From assembly GCA_012295275.1 (NCBI GenBank), contig CM022679.1, positions 25,544,001 to 25,608,000 of the forward strand: a DNA stretch of 64,000 nucleotides, given 5' to 3'. Each line of letters opens with the position of its first letter. Within the stretch, counting starts at the first letter, position 1. Position numbers and translations under genes: made by a program. This stretch comes from Chrysomallon squamiferum. Its lineage: Eukaryota > Animalia > Mollusca. Of the stretch, positions 19,372-31,689 are shown piece after piece. The notes under the pieces were generated by a model. The model did no database searches. It was not told the DNA's origin and saw only the letters and a program-made list of their open reading frames with translations.

Positions 19372-22300
19372 ATGATGATGATGATGTTTAATAATCCAGT
19401 TTAATAGATTTAATAAGACTTGTATAACCTGTATTGTTTGCTACAAAATATAAATTTAAAACTAAAATATATTTTTTTCTTAGGGTTCTTTTGTCGCAGC
19501 ATTTGCTCAGAGCAATGAAGGTGATGTCTCACCTAACACTAGAGGTCCCCACTGTCTTGACACTGGAAAGAGCTGTGACATACTCACCAGCACCTGCCAT
19601 GGAAAGGTTAATAAAACAACCAGAAATTACTGTATAGAAAATATGTTTGCAATAATTTAAAAAAAAAAAAATAATAATAAATGTTCTCCAGATGACTATT
19701 TGTGGATTAAACAGATACAAAAGTTATATTTAAATGTAGCCTGCTTATACTATTTATTTCATGTAATTCTTAGATTACAAGAATTAGTTTGATAACAACA
19801 AATATTAATTAATACAAGAGAGAAAAAGATCACAGATGTGAATGTGGTCATGGCAAATTGATAGAATACAAGATAACTGATGAACAATGCATATCGTCAT
19901 TTGAAAATTATTATACCATATGAATGGAAATGGTCTTGAAGATCATCAAAATGATGGACAAATGAACTGGATGAAGTATTTAAACTATATAGTTTGTTAT
20001 AAAATGTTTCTGTTTCAGTGTGAACACTAATGCTAACACTTTTCTTTTAATTTATGATGGAGTAGTACTTACATTAAGTGAAATTTTATGTTTTGTATTA
20101 ATATTGCAGAGTCAGTTGTGTGTGGCTTCTGGGCCAGGTAGAGATATGTTTGAAAGCACCAGAATCATTGGAGAGAAGCAGTTTGAAAAAGCAAAAGTAT
20201 TTAACATATTTATATATAAATAAACACTAAACAAATTTAGTTTTATGATAATTGTAATGAGGGAAAAGGTTTGTTTTTCCAAAATAAGTTTATGTTTCAA
20301 AAAAAATGTTCAATATTTTATAATTTATGTTTTGTATATTTATCCTTAACTTATTTCAAAAGTATTGTGTTTTTTCATTATTTGTTTTTATTTTTATTTT
20401 TTTCTTATTTCTTATTATTTTATTTTAATTAGTATTAATGTTTTGTGTGGCTTGTCAACTAAAATATATATTTTTTTCATTCATTTTAGGACCTGTATAA
20501 TTCAGCTGTGACAAAGCTTTCTGGACCTGTTGATTTTAGACACAGTTATGTGAACATGCCCAAAGTCAGAGTTCCTTCCCACAATTCAACTGAAAGTGTT
20601 AGTAAATTCTTACAGTTGTTTTTCATATTGAAAATACTGTCAGTAGGTGACAAACATTTTTGAAATACACCACTGTTTAACATCAGCTTTTTGTTTTTCT
20701 GTCTTCGATATTTCCATGTTAAAATATTTTTCTTTCATGCAAGCATATTTATCTGTGCATAATATATCCAAAACTGTCCATGTTAATAATATAAAAATAA
20801 ACAGTTTGGTTTTTAATGTTAGACCTATTTACAGTAATCAGAATTGCCATCAAAGAGTCAAATTTAAATTTGTTTATCATTAATTTTTTCAACTAGATCT
20901 TTCTGTGCGAGCCAGCTATGGGGTACAGTTTTGCAGCTGGTACTACAGATGGGCCAGGAATGTTTGATTTCAAACAAGGTTATTTCTCTCAGCTTTCCTT
21001 CTAGTCAATATTTTATTAATATATTGTTTAATATTACTTGAAATCAATAGCAAACTCAGTCTTAAAACTGTCTTTGGCATCCTTCACCAACTGGATTGGC
21101 CCATTGTTCATTAACATACTGATTTTCTTTTATAATTATTATTTTTATTTATTTTTTTATACAGTCCAGCAGCTATTTTTTTTTTTTTTTTGACCAGTGA
21201 TCCCTAAATGCCTAAATATCCATGTAGCCAGTCCACCTCTATTTCAAGATGATAGATTTAAAAAACAGTATATTTTATATTTTGTATTGTATGTGCATAA
21301 TTATATTAGTGAATAATAATTTGTATTTCAGATGATATATAAACAAATGCTGTATTTTATATTTTGAATTGCATCAGCATATATTAGTTAAAAAAAAAAA
21401 AAAAATTGTATTTTAGGTGATACATCAACAAATATATTATGGAATACTATTCGTAATCTGATTAAAAAACCAACATTTGTTCAAATAGCTTGTCACCAAC
21501 CAAAGCCAATTCTTCTGGACACTGGTGAGGTAAAGGTTTATAATGTTTTGATATATGAGGCCAAGATCCTTTGAATACTAATAAAAGTTTAGCAAATTAT
21601 CAGTAATTGGAAATAACAAAGAAAAAAAAAGAAAAAAAGGAAACAGATAGTATTTATTTATAACATTTTGATATTCAAGATCCTTTGATTATCAACACAC
21701 ATTTAGCACATTAGCTATTGTCAGAAATATTAAAAAGGGGAAAAAAAAAACAGGGTACAGATAATATTTATTTATAACGTTTTGACATATTATTAATAAA
21801 GGTTTAGCAAATTATCAAAACATTCAAAACAAAAGGACAGTTCCATAAAACTAAGACATTTTTGTCCATGTGTCAAATCTTGGAATAATTTGGCAATAAA
21901 GAATTAATAAAAGTTGCTATTGGTTTTAATTTAACTTTACAGTATTTACTTCTGTCATTTTGTAGATTTCTCTACCCTATCTGTGGCAGGCACAGATAGT
22001 TCAAGTCCAGCTTCTGAGAATAGGTCAACTTGTCATCATTGCAGTTCCTGCAGAATTCACGTATGTTAGCCTTTATTAACCGCTTTGCTACCTGCCGTTT
22101 TTCTGAACTCATTTCATTTAATGAGCACTAACTGAATATAGTGCATATTAGAAATAAAGACTGTTGTTAATGAACCTAAGCTTTTACATTGACAACTGTC
22201 AGGCATCAAATCCTGTTTTCTTATTCCACACCATGAGCATTTATAATGTCTTTAGCTTGACAAAATTTATTCTTTTCATTGTAGAGTTACACCAGCTTTA

Positions 22301-25300
22301 ATATTAGATGTACTGATGGAACTAAAATTTACTTATTTGAACCAAGAGCATTTAAACCAGTTATTTTCATTTGTATAATCAAGTACAATACACACTGAAT
22401 TGACAGGAATATATTATTATACCTGACAGTTGCCAATTAGAACATTTTGTTAACAGGAATTTTTTTTTTTTTTTTATTAAAAAGTAATTACAGAGACTTT
22501 ATTTATAGGTTTAAATATTAAACATGTTTGAAACAAGATTATTTTATGACATAGAGAAATATGTTGTGAATGTATTTAATTGACAATGATATTTAAAGAT
22601 CTTGTCTGGTTCAAGTGTTTTTATCTTGTAAAACTTTCAGCACAATGGCAGGCAGAAGAACAAGGGATGCAGTCACTCAAGTAAGTATGAAGAACACTGA
22701 GAATTTATAAAAACAATAAAAAACTGATTTTTTTAAATGATACTTAAACATTTTCCATTAAACAGAGTGTTAATTTAAAAATAAAACAAAATAACACTTA
22801 AATTAATATATATTTTATTAATTATCTTTAATTTTTCATGTATAACAAATCTTACAGACTGAATGTAGATTGTGTGATCTAATAACATTTTGTTTTTCAG
22901 ACTGATAGTTAATATAGTATAATATAATTCAATTTTTCAGACTGAATTGTGTATTCAGGATATTTCTAATTTTCAGACTGAAGATTCATGGTATAATGTG
23001 AATATATTTTTTTTTTTTTATGGTCTAGTATATTTCTGTTTTTCAGACTAAAGGTGTATTGGATAATACATTTCTTTCTTTTTTTTCAGCTTGAAGTTGT
23101 ATCATATAATATATTTCTGTTTTTCAACCTGAAGGTGAACTGTATAATACATTTGATTTTCAACTTATGCAGGATGGTGGTGTAATTATATTTCAGTTTC
23201 TCAGACAAAACATCAGTGATAAAATATACTTCTGTTTTTTAATTACTGAAGATGGATAATATAACACATCTGTTTTTAGACACTGAAGGATGATGGGTTC
23301 CCTGATGACACTGTGTCTGTTATTGCTGGTCTGTCTAATGATTATACTGATTATGTTACAACCTATGAGGAATATCAGGTATTTGATAGTTTAATCATAT
23401 TACACTGTTACATTGGTGTTATAAAATTTTCAATACTTGCTCAGTCCACTGTATATTTAAAGTTCAGTCAAAGAATTTAACTTGTTTATTTCATAGAAGT
23501 GTTTTGTGTTTGAAAGGAATGGTAAGAGTTAAAAATACAAAAAAAGATAATAAAGTCTTCTAATCACCATTTACCTCTACACAGGAACCTCTGATGCAAA
23601 TCTGAAATTACCTGGTTTGTTTCTGTGACAATAGAATAAGTAAATAGTGTAAGCTTTATAAATAATGTATTTCTCTTGGAATTGTTTGATTTCTAGCTGC
23701 CTGCTTTTGTTATTTAATAGTAATATAATAAGGCAGAAATGTTACACTTTTGTATACTAATAGTGTTGTATCATATCATAAAACTTCAAACATAATTCTC
23801 ATAGAAATTTTTTTTTGCCACTCATGCATGATTATTCACATTGATAAAATACATATAAATTATTTTTTTCAGTCTTGCCATATCACTCTTTTTTTTTTTT
23901 TTTATGTAAAATATAACAAAAGTATGTGAGAAGACAAAAGAAAATAATGATTCCTTGCTTCTTGCATGACAGAAGACCTATGATGTTATTGTTATGCTGT
24001 ACTTAGCAGCATCCTGGCAAAAGCAATGCTAGAAGTTCTCACAGAAATATAAAATAAATATTTTCTGAGCTGTTTGTTTGTACCACAACAGACAGACATT
24101 AACAATGGATTCGTCTCATCAGTTTATCTGGTTCTTGTAGGAATGTTACAACTATTCCAGTGCCATTAATGAAACCCAACAGAAATAGGTCTGTATTTTC
24201 ATCCAGACAGTACAGAGAAATGACATTTTGTTAATGGAAAAATTCTTCAGTATTTTTGGAGATCGTTATTAATTAATAGTTATTAGTTGCATGTAAAACA
24301 AGACTGACTAATGTTACAATAAAAGCAATTTGTTGGGTAAATAGCATAAATGTTAAGCATGCTTCAAATGGGACCAGTTTCCAAGATGGTTACACTATGT
24401 AAGTTAAGGAATTTTAGTTTTAAAAAGAATTTAATGACTTGTTAAAAAAAAAATTGGATTTTGTTATTATTGTTATTATTATTTTATTTTATTTTTTTCA
24501 GTTATTTTATCTTATTTTGTTTTTTTTAGGCTTTTTATTTTTTCAGTTATTTTTATTGTGTGGGTGGGTGTGTGGGTATTACAACAATAGTAGGCAACAA
24601 TAAATGAAACAATTGCTAAAAATTACACACACACACCTAGAATACATTTTGGTTATGCTGCTTTTCAGTTTTAACTTTTATTATAGTTTACTGCTTCCCC
24701 CTAGTTCCTAATTCAAACAAAGAAAATATTTTAGTAACAATATATTATTCTTACAACATCATGCAAAACATAATAAAAGAATAATTAATATTTCATTGAA
24801 ATTGAAATTTTAATGTAAAAAAAAAAAAACCCATCAAATTTTCAGTCGAAATCAAAATGTTCCTGTACATCATTTATTTGCTAGGTTTTCCACACAACAC
24901 ATGTAAACGAAACTTCGGCAGGTGTTTCTTTCTCTAAAATACCAATTCTGAAAAGGGATTATTTGGCTAATTGGATACATTTAATGGAAATATTTATTTT
25001 CAGATTCAGAGATATGAAGGTGCCTCCACTATTTACGGCCCTCGGACACTTGAGGGATACATTCAGAATTTTAAACATCTCGCAAGTGATATGGCAAAGG
25101 TGAGTGTTTGGATTCCACAGAACCAAATTAACAAACCTGCTCCAGATATCAAATGTCACACAAGAATGCCTTTGACCTATAACCAAAAATTAAAATAAAC
25201 AGGAAGTCTTCATTTTGAAGGGAATGATTTTAATATATTATTTATTTTCTTTCAGTTACTTTTTGGCTTGTTTTTTTTTTTTTTTTTTGGGGGTGTTTGT

Positions 25301-28230
25301 AAGAAGTTTATATTTTATTTCTTTGTTATCATTATTTATTTTTATATATCTCTTCTTTTTTTTTTTATCTTTACTTGTGAATCTTAATTATTTTTGTCTT
25401 AGAATGTAATACAAATGTAATGAATCTTCGTTAATTTTATTGCTTATGTCATCTAAGATCTCAGACAGCTTGAAGTACAAGTACAGTTCTGAATAATGCT
25501 GTCAGGTTATACTAATTTGGTTTGTATAAATGTTTCATTTTCATGTACATATCTTGATGAACTGAACCAAGTACAAGAATATTTTTTAGCTGTGATGACA
25601 GTAATAAATTTATTTTATTTTTTCATTTCGATCTTTTTCTTTTTCTTTTATGAAGACCTTCATTTTTCTAATTTTTTTATTTCTTAGGGAGTTCCTTCTG
25701 AACCAGGACCAAACCCACCAAACTTGCTAAGGAAACAAATGTCCTTTCTTCCTCCAGTTATTTTTGATAGAAATCCCTCAGGAAAGAATTTTGGAAGTGT
25801 ACTAGTGGACTGTGAGAAAACGTATTACAAGGCAGGCATCATAAGATTGTGTTTTTACATATACATATAAAATATATATGCATACCTTATATAAATAACA
25901 CAGTTCAGAACCTTCACAATCTCATTTTCTTTATATGTGCATTAACACAAGTTAATATTAAAATATTACTTTCCTAAAGAGTTTTTATAGATTTTTTTTA
26001 AATTTTTATTTTTATTTTACTTTTTAAGATAAATGAATAGAAATAAATGAAATATTGGCATTATTGGGGGAAATTTAAAAAAAAAAATTTAAAATTATTT
26101 TAAATATATTGGTAATTAATTAATTAACAATGTATCAAATGTATTAATTAATTAACAGATAGTTTGTAAAAGTCCTTCTGTTTGCTTGATCAATGAATAA
26201 TATTTTAATATTTGCTTCTTTTTTTTTTAAGAATTCTTCAGTGAGTGTAAAATTTGTCACTGCAAACCCTCGAAACAGCCTTGGGGTAAGAAATTTTAAC
26301 TTTTGTTTTGTTTTGTTTTTTTTTTATTTTATTTTAAATAAATGAGGAATGTTAAAATATGTGATACATGGAATCTATGAAAATAGAATTGTGATAATTG
26401 GCATGAATTTTGTTCTTGTTTCTTCTGTATCAAATTTATTGTTGTTGTTTTGGTTTTTTTTTTGGTTTTTTATGAGCTGAATAGACATTTTTTTCCCATT
26501 CAAGACAAAATACAGTACTTATCTCAAAATATGCTTGTAGTCATCAATCACTCATAAAAATTATGAAGGAAATTATTTTGTACATGCTTTTGTGTCTGTG
26601 TGATAATTTATGTAAGGTCCCTTGTTCTTATATCCTAATAAGTGAAAACATATTGCACCCCCTCAAAAAAAAAAATATATATATTTTACACCTAATAATC
26701 TATAAAATGTTGAGGTACATAATATATACATGTGCTGAAGTATTAAGCAAATGTTCATATGTTAGCAGTAGGATTTACATGCAGTCAATTTCTTTTGTAT
26801 GTTTTATTTTGAATAATCAGAGAGTGGCAGCCAGCATCAGAAAGCATTTTAAATTTATTACAATAATGGGTTTTTTGTAAAATATCATTCAAAATTTGTA
26901 TTTATTTGTTTTTAGCAAGAAGGCAAAACCTTTCTCACTGTCATGATGAAGACAGGAGAAGAATGGAAAGTTATAGCTACAGACTCCAACTGGGAAACCA
27001 AGTGTGTAATACACCATTTATTTCTCTTTCTCATCTTTGCTGCTGTTACTTAATTTCAATATCATAACATGGTCATTACCTGTTTGTATTGAGAGAACAT
27101 AATGAACTAAGCTATGCTGAGATATAATTTATATACACCTTTTTCTTTAAATAATATTAATGTCAGGCACAAAAAAATACATACCATACATTTCATACCT
27201 TAACTATAGACATTAATGAATTTGGCACCAACAGTGGAATGAGTCTTGGCATGTTAATATCAATTAATTATTATATTATTAGTAAAGATGTACTTCTACA
27301 TACATAAACAATATTTGTAATTGTATATTACACTGTATTCATTATTTCTGCTAACTGCACTAATGCATATAAATTTGGGAATTTGCATATAAAAGATCCC
27401 TTATTGCTAGTGAGTAAGAACTGAAATTTGACAGCAGATCACCTACCTCTTCTGAACCACTGATGAATAAAGAAAATTATTTAACTCCCTAAATAATAAA
27501 TAACTCTGGTGTTAATGATTATTTTTAAGTAGCATTAGGGACTATTTTAATGGGAATCATATTACTGACTTTCCCTGTATCTGTACTAATTCTTTGTAGT
27601 CTGAATGTACTGTGTTTTCTCTGGTGTATCATATCACCTGTCCAGTATTATCTATTTTTAGTTCATATTGTTTTTTATTGTAATACACATCAGATGCAAA
27701 GACTTTGATATAATTTGTTCATTCCTTTGGTATTATTTGAACTAACTTTTTGAAATATTTTCTTCTTTTCTTTGTTTTTATTACCATCATCATCAACTTT
27801 TTCTTTTTCATTATCATCTTCTTCTTCTTTTTTTTCTTCTTCTTTTTTTTTATTATAGTTATTACTACTACTACTATTATTATTATTATTATAGTTATTA
27901 CTACTACTACTACTATTATTATTATTACTACTACTACTAGTACTACTACTGTTACTACTATTACTACTACCTATAATACTAGTACCTCTGTTATTACTAT
28001 TATTATAATTACATTATCATTATAATTATTACTATTTTTCCAGATTTGAATGGAGAAGAACAAACATATTGTTGGGTGAGAGTGAAGCAACCATCGAATG
28101 GAACATTCCACCTGATACAACACCAGGAACCTACGTCATCAAACACTTTGGCTACAGCAAATCTCTGTTTGGAGAAATCAAACCTTTTGTTGGCTCATCT
28201 AGTACTTTTGAGGTTTTGGCCAACCCCTAG
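15823..28230 (+). CDS. ASAH2: Neutral ceramidase (ASAH2/CDase family), secreted type, 19 exons, 708 aa
   Basis: Exons 15823-15978, 16408-16557, 17117-17296, 17833-17960, 18273-18350, 18754-18874, 19484-19606, 20110-20196, 20490-20597, 20897-20978, 21417-21529, 21966-22060, 22641-22680, 23280-23378, 25004-25099, 25688-25831, 26232-26285, 26916-27001, 28044-28230 (2127 nt, phases consistent; introns 4, 5 and 16 are GC-AG). Family motifs: ADITGP, MMGYA, HTHSGPGG, NINRSP, WFAVHCTSM, GDNKGYA, GDVSPN, GYSFAAGTTDGPG, PAEFTTMAGRR, YEGASTIYGP. It has a hydrophobic signal-like N-terminus and no mucin box. Confidence 0.97.
18445..18753 (+). repeat. Three ~100-bp tandem copies ending at the ceramidase intron 5 acceptor
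   Basis: ...TTTTGTAACATT...TATATAGTCTT...T-rich TTGCA(A/G) repeats with a period of about 100 nt. Confidence 0.8.
21535..21820. repeat. Three degenerate ~120-bp copies after the ceramidase exon 11 donor
   Basis: TTTATAA..TTTTGA(T/C)AT...(CAAGATCCTTTGA)...TTTAGCA(A/C)ATTA recurs three times. Confidence 0.65.
22845..23295 (+). repeat. Degenerate ~40-bp tandem array (~11 copies) resembling the ceramidase exon 14 acceptor
   Basis: TTTCTGTTTTTCAGACTGAAG-like units recur up to the true acceptor ATCTGTTTTTAG|ACACTGAAGG. Confidence 0.8.
27384..27420 (+). mobile_element. SINE fragment in ceramidase intron 18
   Basis: TGCATATAAAAGATCCCTTATTGCTA is the reverse complement of the GGATCTTTTATAT motif at ~29090 and resembles ~49281 and ~60607. 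Confidence 0.5.
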
Positions 28231-29077
28231 TAGACACTTGCACACAAAAAGATATTGTACATATGTTGAATATTTTTTATTTTTTTTCCTCTAAAATAAA
28301 TTAAAAAAAAAAAAAAAATTCAGAATGATGTATGGAATAAACTATTTTAAAATATTGATATTTTTTATAATAACATTCCCTATCCTGTTTCAGGATGTTT
28401 TCCATATCTTCTTCAAAAAAAAAAAAAAGATGAAGAACAATATCATGTTAAATTGAGAAAATAAAATGCGATGAATTGGTATTAACAGTTTATGAAGAAG
28501 TTAGCATTAAAAAATCATGAGTGCTAAATTTTTCATCCAAGATAATTATTTATGTTGAATTTTAGTATGTGTTAGTTGTTTTCTATTGTTAAGGACAAGT
28601 TGATGAATGTAAAATGTTAGTATTTGAAAGAGTTTGTGTTTTGTTGTTTAAACAGTTCTCATTATTAATAATTATATTTAATATTTATGTTGTTTATTTA
28701 TTGAAAAACTTGAAAGTTATTTTTGTATTTGTGATAAATATAATTAATAAAAGAAAATTATTTTACTTTTTTACTTTTTTATTGTTTTATTTGAAAATAA
28801 TAAAATTATTACAATAGCAGATAAACATTTTAAAAACGAAAAAGTCTTTAAAAATAAAAACCTATTACTACCAATAAATGATATATATATATATATATAT
28901 ATTTATTTATTTATCTTTTTTTTTTTTGAGATGTAAATTAATTTTAAAATTATTATTATTTTTATAATTCACGCTCATTTATAAAATATTATTTTGCTAT
29001 TAAACATCATTAGGTATCAAACAATACTTTGTGTAATGATGACATGAAAGAGGCAAGCATGGGACCATTTTTGTCTG

Positions 29078-29510
29078 TTAGGAAGTAATGGATCTTTTAT
29101 ATACAACATCCTGTAAAACTGTGAGGCATAAGGATTCAGAATTAATGATTCACTATATGATCACTTTAATAGCTTAGCACTTAAAATTTTTCAAAAGTCT
29201 GAAGTTGCAACTGATGCCTCATGGCATCATAACTAAAAACTTTTTCAGCCTTTTGAAAACACACACATTATATAATGTAATGTTTCCAAACATGGTGGTG
29301 CATTGTGTTTTTATGAAAAATGGATTGGGACCTGGGACAAAAAAAAAAAAAAAAGATAGAGAAACACTGCTATGGACAGAACAGCACATACATCAGCTTT
29401 TGATAAACCAGTCTGGCAAGAATGTGAGATAAGCAAAGGAATTGAACAATGGAGAATTGATCCTGGGACCTCATGAGGATTAGATCTGCGCTCTTGACAA
29501 ACTGAGGTAC
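29078..29510 (-). mobile_element. Decayed tRNA-derived SINE (fragmented)
   Basis: GGATCTTTTATATACAACATCC and GACAGAACAGCACATACATCAGCTTTTGATAAACCAGT...GATCCT motifs are shared with copies at ~49170, ~53500 and ~60460. Confidence 0.55.
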
Positions 29511-30784
29511 AGATAACATTTTTTGTTTTTACTTTGGTTAAATGGAACATTTAGCAGATATGTGTGGCAGTACGTTGTTTCTCATATTAACACCTCAAAA
29601 CCTGACAATCTAGTTTGTTAATGATGTTGACACTGAAAATAACTTGCCACACAGTGTTTATGATACAGCTAATACATATTACAATATCTGTACTTTATGG
29701 AGCGCGGCTTTTATGCCGAGCACCAAGATGAAAAACAAAAACAAGCATTGTCAATCTTTCGGCACATTTTGTGGCAAAAGAGAATGGTGTAGAAATAGAT
29801 GAGTGATTGCTGGAGTAGTTTTGTTTGATTTATTGTGGCACATGTCCAATCTTCATTGTGCTAATGATACAGGTCTAATAACCTGTACAAATAATGGTAC
29901 AGAAATGAACAAAGCATGACACACATCATGTGTTCATCTATAAAGGATATTAACATTTTTCTCTTTTTGGGTAAATTACAGTTTATGATGGCACATGTCC
30001 AAATGTAATTATGCTGATCATGCAGTTTTTCATAACATATATTGATTATGATGAAACAGAAGAAAATCAAAGCTCAGCAAAAATCATGCATTTTATATAT
30101 ACAGATACGTACTAGGTTTTACCAATGCTCAGTTTTAGAACAGGGATTGGAAAAAACAAAAATTTATAATAACATCACTTCCAATTGGTTAACCTTTACA
30201 AATTTTTAGAGAAGAAAATAAAAAAGAAAAGAATAAATATTTTTTTTTTTTTTTTTTTTAAATTGAATTTTATATGTAACCGGATTTTCAAAGTTTCAGA
30301 TAAACATAATGAATTGCAATATATGTGTGGTATCAGAACTGTAGCCACCAGCTTGTGACACACTGCAGTACATAGAATCTTTCACACTAACAATACACTG
30401 CATTATACTACAGACACTTATTGTTGTGCTTACTGCAATATTTCCCATTCCAACCATGTGTGCCACAGATGTGTTACAACACTACCATTCTGGATACAAC
30501 ATGCTAAAGTGTAAACAGCACCAAGAGAATTGGAGACAAAACCACAGGCATTGCAGGCCACATGATCAGTTCTCTTCAGAGTAGCAGCTGGATAATTTCC
30601 AATTCCAACTTGTGTCTCACAGCTGTGGTTATCATAGCTATAGCATTTTTCTTTCCTATAAGAATCACAGAAAAAGAACTCTTTTTCCTAAAAAGAGTCT
30701 ATCATACGGTGGTAATAACAGGTTATGTCTCTGATACCAATACAGACGATATCTCTGACAATTTATAACTTTAATCATAAAATA

Positions 30785-31415
30785 AAAACATAAAATTCAT
30801 TTACAGTATCAGTGTTTCACATTAACACAAGTTAACAAAAAACTTTTTTTTTTTTTTTTTAAATGCTGCAAATGGTGGTATTTTATAATTATTTTACAAT
30901 CTCTGACAGTTATCTCTTTGCTGTAATTCTTGTAGCTATTAATAAAATTTGCCGAGATTTCAATAAAAAATATATATTTATTCACATAATGAGAATGTTC
31001 CTCACATTAATATAAGAAATTAAACTTTCTGCAGAAAATGGTAATTATTTGACAATCTTTTACAGTTATTTTCTTTGCTGTAATTCTTGTAGCTGTTAAT
31101 AAAATTGTGAGGTTTCAAAAAACAAATATTTATTCATTATAAGAGTATATATCTGATTAACACAAGTTCATGATATATATTTATATTTTAACTGCGGCAA
31201 ATGATGTTTTAAAATTATTTGACAATAATTATTATTTCTCTATTGTAGCTACATTCTCTTGTACTTATTAATAAAAGTTGCTTAGATTAAAAAAAAAAAA
31301 ATTTTTATTTATTCCCAATATTATCAATGAATATATCACATAAACACAAATTCAGGAGATGTTTTTATTTTAACTGCAGATGATATTTTGTAATTATTTG
31401 ACAATTATTTCTCTG
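30785..31415. repeat. Four degenerate ~160-175-bp tandem copies
   Basis: CACATTAACACAAG...CTGCA..AATG...AATTATTTGACAAT...TTCTTGTAGCT.TTAATAAAA recurs four times; the last copy is partial. Confidence 0.8.
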
Positions 31416-31637
31416 CTCCAGATAGATACTCTCATAGGTCTCATACCTTGATTATGTGCCAAAGTTTCTGATATTTCATGTGTCTGAGATTTTTACAAGA
31501 GCTGTATTGCTTGCTTGTTCATTTCTGACATATTTACTACTTCTGTGTCTGCTTATAACCAGGAGTTTTCTCAGTTGTCATGAACAAAAAATCATATAAA
31601 TAATTTTTGTTTTAGGCTTTGTTACTTCATCTTTTTT

Positions 31638-31689
<52 letters not shown>

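Noticed and set aside
29697-29792. 31-codon ORF MERGFYAEHQDEKQKQALSIFRHILWQKRMV
   Set aside because: Short, with no splice or homology support.
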